This document shows positions 44,100-54,300 of a stretch of 64,000 nt of DNA, one piece after another. The stretch's first letter is position 1. The number at the start of each line of letters is the position of its first letter. The translations under genes were made by a program, and so were the position numbers. Source of the stretch: Acidobacteriota bacterium (lineage in GTDB: Bacteria; Acidobacteriota; JBCCFW01); the NCBI GenBank assembly GCA_039029535.1, contig JBCCFW010000003.1:10073-74072 (forward strand), written 5' to 3'. The notes under the pieces are model-generated. The model searched no databases, was not told the DNA's origin, and saw only the letters and a program-made list of their open reading frames with translations.

Positions 44100-45683
44100 G
44101 TGAAGGTCCTCGTCACCGACCGTCTCGGAGAGCCGGGACTCGAGCAGCTCCGCAACGCCTCCGACCTCCAGCTCGAGATCGCCACCGGCCTCCCGGAAGA
44201 CGAGCTCTGCAAGACCATCGCCGACGCTGACGCCCTGATCATCCGCAGCGGCACGACGGTCACCCGCCGCCTGCTCGAGGCCGCCGGTCAGCTCAAGGTC
44301 ATCGGTCGGGCCGGCATCGGCGTGGACAACGTCGACGTCCCCGCCGCCACCGAGCGGGGCGTGGTCGTCATGAACACCCCCGACGCCAACGCGACGACCA
44401 CCGCCGAGCTCGCGATCGCCCACCTCTTCTCCCTCTGCCGCCGTCTCCCCCAGGCCGATGCCTCGGTGCGCGCCGGCAAGTGGGAGCGCTCCGCCTTCGT
44501 CGGCGCCGAGCTCACCGGCAAGACCCTCGGCATCGTCGGCTTCGGCACGATCGGCCGCATCGTCGCCCGCCGCGCCCGCGGCCTGCGGATGATCGTCCTC
44601 GCCAGCGATCCCGTGGTGACCGAGGACGTCGTCCGTCAGGAAGGCGCCGAGCCGCTCCCCCTCGACGAGCTGCTGAAGCGCTGCGACATCCTCACCCTCC
44701 ACTGCCCGCTCATCGAGTCGACCCGCGGTCTCATCGGCGCCGACCAGATCGCCTCGATGAAGAAGGGCGCCCGCATCGTGAACTGCGCCCGCGGCGGCCT
44801 CATCGACGAAGCGGCGCTGCTCGCCGCGCTCGACAGCGGTCAGCTCGCCGGCGCTGCCCTCGACGTCTACGAGAACGAGCCTCCCGAGGGCAGCCCCCTC
44901 CTGTCGCGCGACGACATCGTCTTCACGCCCCACGTCGGCGCCTCCACGAAGGAAGCGCAGGCCGCCGTGGCCGAGGCCATCGCCTCGCAGGTCATCGACT
45001 TCCTCCAGCAGGGCGAGATCCGCCACGCGGTGAACCTCCCCTCGATGCCCGCCGAGCTCGCCGCCAAGCTCGAGCCCTGGCTCGGCCTCGCCGGCTCCCT
45101 CGGACGCCTCCTCTCTCAGATCGCGCCCGGTCCGCTCGAGGCCATCGAGCTGGCCACCCATGGCACCGCCGCCGAGCTCGACCTCCGCACGCTCACCTCC
45201 GAGACCCTCGCCGGCCTGCTGCAGTCGCACTTCGACACGCCGGTGAACCGCGTGAACTCGACCCACCTCGCCAAGGAGCGCGGCCTCTCGGTCACCCAGG
45301 TCCGCAGCGACGACGCCAGCGACCACGTCGGGCTCATGCGGGTCACCGGACGCACGGCCGACGGCGCGACGACGACGCTCTCCGGTGCGCTCCTCGGCGG
45401 ACGTCACCCCCGCCTGGTCGAGGTCGACGGCTACCGACTGGAAGCCACGCCGGAAGGACATCTCCTCATGACCCGGCACCAGGACAAGCCCGGCGTGATC
45501 GGCGCGCTGGGCAGCCTGCTCGGCGAGTCGGGCATCAACATCTCCCGGATGTCGCTGGGCGTGCGCGACGAAGGTGGCGACGCCCTCGCGTTGCTCTCGA
45601 TCTCCGACGCGATGTCGGCGGAGACCCTCGATCGGGTCCGCGGCATCGAGGCCATCGAGCAGGCCTGGTCGCTGAAGCCGTGA
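44100..45683 (+). CDS. serA: D-3-phosphoglycerate dehydrogenase (long form with ACT domain)
   Basis: GTG 44100 follows CAGGAGGGA. GIVGFGTIGRIVA NAD motif, NCARGGLIDE and HVGAST, with C-terminal ASB/ACT regions. Confidence 0.9.
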   Translation: MKVLVTDRLGEPGLEQLRNASDLQLEIATGLPEDELCKTIADADALIIRSGTTVTRRLLEAAGQLKVIGRAGIGVDNVDVPAATERGVVVMNTPDANATTTAELAIAHLFSLCRRLPQADASVRAGKWERSAFVGAELTGKTLGIVGFGTIGRIVARRARGLRMIVLASDPVVTEDVVRQEGAEPLPLDELLKRCDILTLHCPLIESTRGLIGADQIASMKKGARIVNCARGGLIDEAALLAALDSGQLAGAALDVYENEPPEGSPLLSRDDIVFTPHVGASTKEAQAAVAEAIASQVIDFLQQGEIRHAVNLPSMPAELAAKLEPWLGLAGSLGRLLSQIAPGPLEAIELATHGTAAELDLRTLTSETLAGLLQSHFDTPVNRVNSTHLAKERGLSVTQVRSDDASDHVGLMRVTGRTADGATTTLSGALLGGRHPRLVEVDGYRLEATPEGHLLMTRHQDKPGVIGALGSLLGESGINISRMSLGVRDEGGDALALLSISDAMSAETLDRVRGIEAIEQAWSLKP

Positions 45684-46384
45684 AGGGCTTGCTCGACGGC
45701 GAGCCACTCGACGTCGTCGTCTTCGACTGGGACAGCACGCTGGCCAGCATCGAGGGCATCGACGAGCTCGGTCGCCACCGTGGCTGCGAGGAGGAGATCG
45801 CCGCCCTCACCCGCGAGGCCATGAGTGGCGGCACGCCACTGGAAGACGTGTACCTGAAGCGCCTGGAGCGCCTCGCCGTCACGCCCGACGATCCCGAGTG
45901 GCTCCAGGACCGCTACGCCGAGTCGTTGGTCGAGGGCGTCGGCGAGACCCTCGACACCCTGCGGAAGCTCGGCAAGGAGCTCCACGTCGTGAGCGGTGGG
46001 CTGCTCGATGCCCTCGCCCCCGTCGCGCTGGAGCTCGGCTTCGCGGCGAGCAACGTCCACGCGGTCGAGCTCGCCTGGAACGACGACGACAGCCTCGCCG
46101 GCCTGGTCGATCCCACCCTGGCCAGCACCGGCGGCAAGACCACGACCTGTGAACGCCTGCTCGCCGGTCGACGCGGCGCCATGGTCGGCGACGGTCTCAC
46201 CGACCTCGAGGCCGCGCCCCCCTGCGTGCTGGCGGTCGGCTTCGGTGGCGTCGTCACCCGCGAGGCCGTGAAGGACCGCGCCGGCGCCTGGGCCGACGGA
46301 CCCTCGCTCACCACCGTTCTCCCCCACCTGCTCACCGCGGCCGAAGCGGACCGCTACCAGAAGACTCACGGAGCCTCCTCATGA
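45680..46384 (+). CDS. serB: HAD-family phosphatase, phosphoserine phosphatase-like
   Basis: GTG 45680 overlaps the serA stop (GTGA). Has DxDxT (VVFDWDSTL) and GDGLTDLEA motifs. The role is inferred from its position between serA and an aminotransferase. Confidence 0.6.
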   Translation: MKGLLDGEPLDVVVFDWDSTLASIEGIDELGRHRGCEEEIAALTREAMSGGTPLEDVYLKRLERLAVTPDDPEWLQDRYAESLVEGVGETLDTLRKLGKELHVVSGGLLDALAPVALELGFAASNVHAVELAWNDDDSLAGLVDPTLASTGGKTTTCERLLAGRRGAMVGDGLTDLEAAPPCVLAVGFGGVVTREAVKDRAGAWADGPSLTTVLPHLLTAAEADRYQKTHGASS

Positions 46385-47442
46385 GCCGTTCGAAGCTGTG
46401 GATCCCCGGTCCGACCGAGTGCGCCCCCGAAATCCTGGAAGAGATGGCGCGCCCGCCCATCGGGCACCGCGGTGCCGAGATCCAGGAGCTGGTCGGCGCG
46501 ATCCTCCCCGGCCTGCGCACGCTCCTCGACGCCGAGGAGGTCGGCTTCATGACCGCGTCGGCGACGACCGTCATGGAGGCGGGCCTGCGCAACCTCGTCG
46601 GTCGCAAGGCGCTGGTCCTCGCCTGCGGCTCCTTCGGCAAGCGCTGGAAGAGCATCGCCGACGCTTGCGGCATCGAGGCCGACCTCGTGAGCGTCGACCT
46701 GGGCGAGGCCATCAAGCCGGCTCACGTCGAGGAGCACCTCACCGACGAGCACGACGCCGTCTGCCTGACCTGGAGCGAGACCTCCACCGGCGTCCTGAAC
46801 CCCGTCGCCGACATCTCGGCGGCGGTGCGCGCGAAGTCGTCGGACGCCTGCGTGCTGGTCGACGGCGTGTCCGCCCTCGCCGCCGCTCCGGGCGGTCTCC
46901 GGAGCCTCGACGCCGACCTCCTCCTCGCCGGCGTGCAGAAGGCCCTCGCGCTGCCCCCGGGCCTGGCCGTCCACGCCCTCTCGGAGCGGGCCCTCGCCCG
47001 GGCCGAGACCATCCCGCACCGCGGTTTCGTGACCGACTTCCTCAAGCTTCGCGACTCGCTCGCGAAGAACCAGACCCCCGCGACGCCCTCCGTCTCCCAC
47101 CTGTTCGCCCTCCGCGTGCAGCTCGAGCGGATGGCGGCCGAGGGCCCCGAGGGTCGGGTCGCGCGGCACGCGGAAATGGCGGCCCGGGTCCACGGCTGGG
47201 CGGCCGACCGGGGCTTGAGCATCCTCGCCGAGGAGGGCCATCGCTCCCCCGCCGTGACCAGCCTCTCGCGGGACGGGCTCGACCCCAAGGCGGTCATCTC
47301 CGGTGTCGAGGAAAGGCTCGGAGTCCGGCTCGGATCGGGCTACGGCGACCGCAAGCCGACCGACTTCCGCATCGGTCACATGGGCGAGCACGACCTCGCC
47401 GAGCTCGAATCCCTCCTGGAGACCATCGATTCGGTGAGTTGA
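46381..47442 (+). CDS. class V aminotransferase (serine-pyruvate/phosphoserine aminotransferase-like)
   Basis: The ATG overlaps the upstream stop. WIPGPTECAPEILEEM and the PLP-Lys context AGVQKALALPPGLA. Confidence 0.8.
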   Translation: MSRSKLWIPGPTECAPEILEEMARPPIGHRGAEIQELVGAILPGLRTLLDAEEVGFMTASATTVMEAGLRNLVGRKALVLACGSFGKRWKSIADACGIEADLVSVDLGEAIKPAHVEEHLTDEHDAVCLTWSETSTGVLNPVADISAAVRAKSSDACVLVDGVSALAAAPGGLRSLDADLLLAGVQKALALPPGLAVHALSERALARAETIPHRGFVTDFLKLRDSLAKNQTPATPSVSHLFALRVQLERMAAEGPEGRVARHAEMAARVHGWAADRGLSILAEEGHRSPAVTSLSRDGLDPKAVISGVEERLGVRLGSGYGDRKPTDFRIGHMGEHDLAELESLLETIDSVS

Positions 47443-47505
47443 CCGGAAGGGGGCTGCAACCCGAAGCACCTCCGCTCGTAGGAGAATCCAACTCCGAGGT
47501 GGGGG

Positions 47506-48288
47506 ATGAGCGAGTACCTACAAGTCCTGTTGGCCTTTCCGACGGTGGTCTTCACCGTCCTCCTGGGCATCGCCCTTTGCTACTGGCTGATGGTCATCCT
47601 GGGGGCGATGGACATCGACTCGTTCGATCCGTTCCATCACCTGGATGGCGCGGTCGACGGGGCGCTCAACGCGGCCGACGGCGCAGCGGAAGCTGCTGGC
47701 AAGGCGGCCGGCGAGGTCGTCGGGCACGCCGTGGAGGGTGCCGCCGAGGCCGCCGGCAAGGCAGCGGGAGAAGCCGCTGGTGAGGCGGCGGGCAAGGCCG
47801 CCGGCGAAGCCTCGAGCGGAGGCGCACTCGGGCTGATGACGACGCTGGGTCTCAAGGGCATCCCCTGCTCGGTGACCGGCACGGTCGTGGTGATGCTGGC
47901 CTGGGCCGCCTGTGCGATGGCCATGCAGGCCCTGACCGGCCGCCTGCCCGGCGGGTGGGTCTTCACCGCTCTCGCAACGGCCATCTCGCTGGCAGCCCTG
48001 ATGCTCGGCGTCCTGGGTGCCGCCGTGTTGCTGCAGCCTCTCCGTCCGGTGTTCCAGACGAAGGGCGCGCGCTCGGTGTCGGCCTTCGTCGGCAAGACCT
48101 GCACGGTGACGACGGGCGAGGTGACCGAGACCTTCGGTCAGGCGGAGCTCTTCGACGATGAGGAAGCCCTCCTCGTCCAGGTGCGGTCCGACCCGAGCAA
48201 CGAGCTCAAGAAGGGGTCCACGGCACTCATCTACGACCACGACCCCAAGCGTGAGGTCTTCCTGGTGGTGCCCCATGAGGAGGACTGA
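47506..48288 (+). CDS. YqiJ/NfeD-like membrane protein (DUF1449-like) with an Ala/Gly/Glu-rich repeat
   Basis: N-terminal TM, then an (AAEAAGKAAGE)n low-complexity repeat at about 47680-47810, further TMs, and a C-terminal OB-like GKTCTVTTGEVTETFGQAEL. Sits upstream of the SPFH genes, as in yqiJK. Confidence 0.6.
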   Translation: MSEYLQVLLAFPTVVFTVLLGIALCYWLMVILGAMDIDSFDPFHHLDGAVDGALNAADGAAEAAGKAAGEVVGHAVEGAAEAAGKAAGEAAGEAAGKAAGEASSGGALGLMTTLGLKGIPCSVTGTVVVMLAWAACAMAMQALTGRLPGGWVFTALATAISLAALMLGVLGAAVLLQPLRPVFQTKGARSVSAFVGKTCTVTTGEVTETFGQAELFDDEEALLVQVRSDPSNELKKGSTALIYDHDPKREVFLVVPHEED

Positions 48289-48524
48289 TGGTGGGGCTCC
48301 AGGTCTTGGAGCTCGGCCCGGCGCTCGGCGAGCTGCTGGGCTGGATCGTCGGCGGCATCGTGGGCGGCTGGCTCGACTTCAAGCGACACGTTCTCGGGCG
48401 CGAGACTCGCCGGGAGAAACACGAGCGCATCGCCCTGCGACGTCGACAGATCCAGCAAGAACGACGGCACGGTGACGTCGAGCTGGTCCCGACCCACGTC
48501 ACCCGACGGCGGTCACGACCGTGA
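48288..48524 (+). CDS. small hypothetical TM protein
   Basis: The ATG overlaps the upstream stop (ATGA). One Gly-rich TM (LLGWIVGGIVGGWL) and a basic tail. May not be real. Confidence 0.3.
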   Translation: MVGLQVLELGPALGELLGWIVGGIVGGWLDFKRHVLGRETRREKHERIALRRRQIQQERRHGDVELVPTHVTRRRSRP

Positions 48525-48647
48525 GACGGCGTAGGGCTCTAGAACGAGAAGGCGAGACATCCGCTTGATGCCAGGAGGGAGGCTCCGAGTGACTCATGAC
48601 CAGCAAGCATCGGCTTTGGCCGAACCAACCACGACTAGGAGGCCAGC

Positions 48648-49226
48648 ATGAACGACCTGCTCTTCCTAGCCATCGCCATCGTCACCCTCCTCATCACGTG
48701 GGCGGGCTTGGCGCTCATCATCGCCAAGTGTCATCGCAGGGTCAGCCAAGGCCAGGCACTGATCATCAACCGCATGAGAACGACCGCCATCCACTTTCGT
48801 GGCGCCGTGGTGTTACCAGTCCTGCACCAAGCCGAGACCATGAACATCTCGGCCCACTCCATCGTGGTCGAGCGTCGCGGTGACGACGGAGTCCCTTGCC
48901 GGGACGAAGTCAAGGCCGACCTGCGGGCGACCTTCGCGCTTCGCGTGAACACGACACGCGATGACATCCTGACCGTCGCCCGTGTACTCGGAACTGAACG
49001 CGCCTCCAGCACCGAGGCGCTCGAGCAGCTATTCTCCCCGCGTTTCTCGGAAGCCCTGGAGACGGCAGCTCGTCACGTCGACTTCGACTCGCTCGCTCGA
49101 AATCGCGACGAGCTCCGCAACCACGTGCAGAGCGAGCTCTCCGACGAGCTCGAAGGATGGGTGATCGACAGCCTGACCATCGACCGTGTCGAGAGGTCCG
49201 GAGTCGGCCCGCGCAGTCCGCCATGA
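48648..49226 (+). CDS. SPFH/Band 7 domain protein, short (flotillin N-terminal paralog lacking the coiled coil)
   Basis: AGGAGG lies 6 nt upstream. Collinear with residues 1-185 of the following flotillin (VSQGQALIINRM / VDQGQALINNKM; ERRGDDGVPCRD / DRRGNDGLICQD). Confidence 0.75.
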   Translation: MNDLLFLAIAIVTLLITWAGLALIIAKCHRRVSQGQALIINRMRTTAIHFRGAVVLPVLHQAETMNISAHSIVVERRGDDGVPCRDEVKADLRATFALRVNTTRDDILTVARVLGTERASSTEALEQLFSPRFSEALETAARHVDFDSLARNRDELRNHVQSELSDELEGWVIDSLTIDRVERSGVGPRSPP

Positions 49227-49354
49227 CCGACGGGTGAGAGCGACGAGAGCAAGAAGAGAAACCCAAGAGAACAACGGCCAGGAGGGAGGCTTCCTGGTGA
49301 CTCACCACGAGGAAGCACCGGCGCGAGCCGGACAGTTCGAATCAGGAGGCAAGC

Positions 49355-51385
49355 GTGGAAAACCTACTCCCCGTCATCGGCGTCATCGTCACCGGCTTCA
49401 TCTTGCTGATGGGCGTGGCGGTCATCATCACCAAGTTCTACCGCAAGGTCGATCAGGGCCAGGCCCTCATCAATAACAAGATGAACACGGTCAGCGTCGA
49501 CTTCCGCGGCGGCGTGGTCATCCCGATCATCCACCGGGCCGAGATCATGGAGATCTCGGTCAAGACGATCGAAATCGACCGACGCGGCAACGACGGCCTG
49601 ATCTGTCAGGACAACATCCGCGCCGACATCAAGGTCACCTTCTTCGTCCGCGTGAACAAGACCCGCGAGGACGTCCTCAAGGTCGCCCAGCTCATCGGCT
49701 GCCACCGCGCCTCCGACCAGCAGACCCTGGAAGAGCTGTTCTCCGCGAAGTTCTCGGAAGCCCTCAAGACCGTCGGCAAGAAGCTCGACTTCGTCGACCT
49801 CTACACCCGCCGCGACGACTTCCGTGATCAGATCATCCAGGTCATCGGCACGGACCTGAACGGCTACGTCCTCGATGACTGCGCGATCGACTATCTCGAG
49901 CAGACGCCGGTGGCCTCTCTCGACGAGAAGAACATCCTCGACGCCCAGGGCATCAAGAAGATCACCGAGCTGACCGTCCGCGAGAAGATCGAGACGAACA
50001 GCTTCGAGAACGACGAGCGCAAGCGCATCCAGCAGCAGAACGTCGAGGCCGACGAAGCCATCTTCGAGCTCGAGCGTCAGCGCGCCGAGGCCGAGGCCAA
50101 GAAGTTCCGTGAGATCGAGACGGTCCAGGCCCGGGAGACCGCCGAGACCCTCAAGGTCCAGGCCGAGGAGAAGCTCCGGCACGAGACCGCCAACATCAAG
50201 ACCCAGCAGGAGCTCGCGGTCCAGGAGGAAAACAAGCAACGTGAGATCCAGGTCGCCGGCAAGAACCGCGAGCGCGTGGTGCTGGTGGAGACCGAGCGTG
50301 TCGAGAAGGACCGGGCGTTGGAAGCGGTGAGCCGCGAGCGCGAGGTCGAGCTCTCCCGAATCGAGAAGGAGAAGGCCCTCGAGATCGAGCGCAAGGAGAT
50401 CCAGGACGTCATCCGCGAGCGTGTCTCGGTCGAGCGCACGGTCGCCGAGGAAGAGGAGCGCATCAAGGAGGTGCGCGTGGTCGAGGAAGCCAAGCGCACG
50501 AAGACCTCCCTCGTCATCGCCGCCGAAGCCGAGGCGGAAGAGAAGCTCGTCCGCGACATCAAGGCGGCCGAGGCTGCCGAGAAGGCCGCCGCGCACCGCG
50601 CCAAGGAGCAGGTCGTCCTCGCCGACGCCAACCTCGAGGCGTCCGAGAAGGACGCGAGCGCAAAGATCCGTCTCGCCGAAGGCGTCCAGGCCGAGACCGC
50701 GGCCGAGGGCCTCGCCCACATCCGCGTGAAGGAGGCCGACGCCTCCGCCACGCAGGCCCTGGGCACGGCCGAGGCCAACGTGGTCCGCGAGAAGGGCAAC
50801 GCCGAAGCCGACGCGCTGGCGCGTCAGCTCGACGCCGAGGCGACGGGCCTGGGTCAGAAGATGCAGGCCGAGGCCGCGGGTCTCACCGAGAAGGCCAAGG
50901 CCATGGCCGCTCTCGACGAGGCCAGCCGCGACCACGAGGAGTACCGCATCCGGCTCGAGAAGGACAAGGCAGTCGAGATCGCCGGCATCGAGGCCAACCG
51001 CGAGATCGCCGAGGCTCAAGCCCGTGTCCTGGCCGAGGCCCTCAAGGAGGCCAACATCGACATCGTCGGCGGCGAAAGCATGTTCGTCGACAGGCTGGTC
51101 GGTGCCATGGGTCAGGGCAAGGCCATCGACGGCTTCGTCAACAAGAGCGCCACGGCTCAGGCGGCGGTCGGTCCCTACCTCGAAGGTGAGCGCAGCTTCG
51201 CCGGCGACGTGAAGGACGTGCTGAGCAACCCACGCCTGGGCTCGGCCGACCTTTCCAACCTGTCGGTGGCGGCCGTCCTCGGTCAGCTCATCATGGGCGC
51301 CAAGGGGGAGAGAAAGGGCAAGCTCGAGCAGCTCCGCGCCGCCGCGGACGAGCTCGGCATCTCCGACCTCAAGCTCGGCGACTGA
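49355..51385 (+). CDS. flotillin-like protein (YqiK/FloT type: SPFH domain plus long E/A/K/R coiled coil)
   Basis: GTG start after AGGAGG. N-terminal TM, an SPFH domain, and about 350 aa of EA-rich heptad-like sequence. Confidence 0.85.
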   Translation: MENLLPVIGVIVTGFILLMGVAVIITKFYRKVDQGQALINNKMNTVSVDFRGGVVIPIIHRAEIMEISVKTIEIDRRGNDGLICQDNIRADIKVTFFVRVNKTREDVLKVAQLIGCHRASDQQTLEELFSAKFSEALKTVGKKLDFVDLYTRRDDFRDQIIQVIGTDLNGYVLDDCAIDYLEQTPVASLDEKNILDAQGIKKITELTVREKIETNSFENDERKRIQQQNVEADEAIFELERQRAEAEAKKFREIETVQARETAETLKVQAEEKLRHETANIKTQQELAVQEENKQREIQVAGKNRERVVLVETERVEKDRALEAVSREREVELSRIEKEKALEIERKEIQDVIRERVSVERTVAEEEERIKEVRVVEEAKRTKTSLVIAAEAEAEEKLVRDIKAAEAAEKAAAHRAKEQVVLADANLEASEKDASAKIRLAEGVQAETAAEGLAHIRVKEADASATQALGTAEANVVREKGNAEADALARQLDAEATGLGQKMQAEAAGLTEKAKAMAALDEASRDHEEYRIRLEKDKAVEIAGIEANREIAEAQARVLAEALKEANIDIVGGESMFVDRLVGAMGQGKAIDGFVNKSATAQAAVGPYLEGERSFAGDVKDVLSNPRLGSADLSNLSVAAVLGQLIMGAKGERKGKLEQLRAAADELGISDLKLGD

Positions 51386-51393
51386 GTCCGTAG

Positions 51394-54300
51394 ATGAGTA
51401 CTGATGTGAGCACCGGAGTCGAGGCCCCCAGCGTCGACTCCGGGAGCTACGAGCTCATCCGGCAACGGCTGGAGAAGCAGGGACAGGACCTCCGCGGTCG
51501 CACGACGAAGCTGAACGAGCGTCGGCTCCAGGTCTTCGGCGGGACCGAGCTGGCGATTCTCGGCAACGAGCGCATCCGCACCGAGAACACCTGCGTCCCT
51601 CGTGACATCGTCGGCATCGGCGACCTCATGGTCTTCGGCTTCGACGTGTTCGTGGGCCTGCGCTCCACCACCAAGCTCGACGACGTCTTCACCGCTCACC
51701 GCTTCGTGAGCAGCGGTGAGGACGACGGCGGCCTCCAGCTCGAGAAGGTCGATGCGGACTTCCTCCGCGACCCCCGGCTCGAGAAGGACTTCGAAGAGCT
51801 CTACCGCTACTACCGGAATGCCCGGCTCGAGCAGCTCCGGCTGGTCGAGGGCAAGCTCCTCGCGATCTTCCGCACGGGCAACCAGGCGACCGACCTCAAG
51901 GTCTTCCGCTGGCGCATCGAGCGGGACGGCCGTCTCCGCTACGAGGACGCTCGGGGCGAGCGCGACAACGTCCGTCCGCCCTCGCACGACTTCGAGTGGA
52001 CGGAGACCACCCGCGAGCAGCACGTCCGCGGACGTCACCCGCACGTGTCGATCGAGGACGCGGTCTTCGTCGAGTGCGTGGGCGGCGACCTCACCATCAA
52101 GGTCGAGGACAACACCGAGGACGGCCAGGGCATCTACCGCGAGCCAGTCGATGACGACGACCAGGCCCTGCAGGATGCCGACATCCTGTACGCCCGTCGC
52201 GGCACGCTCATCCTCCTGAAGATCCTCCCCTACAACGAGGAGGTCTGGCGCTACTTCGTCTTCGACACGCGCAGCGAGACCGTCCGTCGGATCGACGCCA
52301 TCGGCCTGGCCTGCGTGACACTTCCGGAGGACCACGGGATCATCTTCCCCGGCGGCTACTTCCTCCGGGGCGGTGAGAGCAAGAGCTTCGAAGTCGACAC
52401 CGCGGGCCTGCGGCTCTCGCGTGTCCTGCGCTCGCCCAACGGCGAGGACGTCCTCCACGTCTTCTTCGAGCCCGACCGCGGCCGCTACGTGCTGCTGTCG
52501 TACAACCTCATCCGCAAGGAAGTCGCCAACCCCATCCTCTGCCACGGGTACAGCAACTTCCCCGATGGCCGGATGGCGGTGTTCCGCGCCACCTCTCAGG
52601 AACCGACGCGGGTCCATCCACTCCAGGTCTGGCAGACCGCCTACTGCAGCGACGAGCATCAAGCCCGTCGTCCGAGCACCGGCTCGGCCCTCGAGCGCAT
52701 CGGCAACGCCGACCTCGTGCGGGGCATCTCCGACGTCTACGGCACCTGCCGGCTCATCGAGAACCAGGAGCCGACCCAGGCCACCTACGAGGACCTCATC
52801 GGCTCGGTGGGTCGCACCCTCGACGCCTACCACTGGCTCGGTGACGAGGAGTCCGGCGACCTCCAGTCGGTGCTGGAGTCCATCCGCGACACGGCCGAGC
52901 TGGTCATCGACGAGTTCGAGAAGGTCCAGGAGCTCCGCACCCGCGCTCGACGCGAGGTCGCCAAGGCGCGCGACGATCTCTCCACCCTCGTCTCCTCCCT
53001 GCGTCCCGACTTCTGGGAGAGCGTCGATCCCTTCGTGGAGGCGCTCGACGCCCTCCGCCTCCAGCGCGGCCACCTGATCTCGCTCAAGGAGCTCCGGCAG
53101 GTCGACCACGCCGCCCTCGACGAGCTCGAAGCCGAGGTCGTCTCGCAGTCCGAGGCGCTCACCGAGAAGACGGTCGAGTTCCTCCTCCAAGACGACGCGC
53201 TCGCTCCCTACCACCGACGCATCGACACCCTGTCGGAGCAGATCGGTCAGTTGAAGGCGGCCACCGAGGCCACGCCGCTCAAGGAGGAGACCGAGGCCAT
53301 CGGTCGTGGGCTCGACCTGCTGGCGGAGATCGTCGCCGGGCTGGAGGTCGACGACCCCACCCTGCGCACCCGCATCCTCCAGGCCATCTCCGAGGTCGTG
53401 TCCCGGCTCAACGCCACGCGGGCCGAGCTCGAGGCTGCTCGCCTGGGCCTCGCCAAGAAGGAAGGCTCGGCGGAGTTCGGCGCGCAGTTCGCGCTGTTCT
53501 CGCAGTCGGTGGTGTCGTCGCTCTCCCGCTGCGACACGCCTGAAGCCTGCGACGAGCAGCTCACCCGCCTGCTCCTCCAGCTCGAAGAGCTCGAAGGACG
53601 CTTCGCCGAGTTCGACGAGTTCCTCGACGAGCTGAGCCTCAAGCGCGAGGAGGTTCAGGATGCCCTGGCTTCGCGCAAGGACACCCTGCTCCAGGACCGT
53701 CAGCGACGGGCCAGTCGCTTGCTCAAGGCCGCCGACCGCGTGCTGGCCGGCATCGCCCGCCGCGCCCAGTCGCTGACCGAGCTCGACGAGCTCAACGCCT
53801 ACTTCGCCTCCGACCCCATGATCGCCAAGCTGCGCGATCAGGCCACCAAGCTCCGCGAGCTCGGTGACTCGGTCAAGGCCGACGAGATCGAGGGCCGGCT
53901 CAGCGCGGCCCGCGACGAAGCCCAGCGCAGCCTGCGCGATCGCACCGACCTCCATGAGGACGGCGGCGCGGTGATCCGATTCGGCCAGCACCGCTTCAGC
54001 GTGAACCGTCAGACCCTCGACCTGGCCCTGGTCCCCCGCGGCGACGGGATGGCCTACCACCTCACCGGCACCGACTTCCACGAGACGCTCGTTGACGAGG
54101 CCTTCGAGGCCACGCGCCCCTACTGGGACCAGACCCTGGTCTCGGAGACCGACGAGGTCGCCCGCGCCGAGCACCTCGCCGCCGACTTGCTCGCCGCAGC
54201 AGAAGAGGGTCGAGGCACGAGCCTGCACGCCCTGCAAGAGGCGCGCGCCAGCGAGGGAGGTCTCCAGGGCCTCGTCCGCGAGGCGGCCTCCGAGCGACAC

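Noticed and set aside
48288-48524. The alternative that the region between yqiJ-like and the first SPFH gene is purely non-coding.
   Set aside because: This is not fully rejected. The 78-aa ORF has an ATGA-coupled start and a plausible TM, so it is listed at low confidence, but it could equally be a chance open frame in GC-rich DNA.
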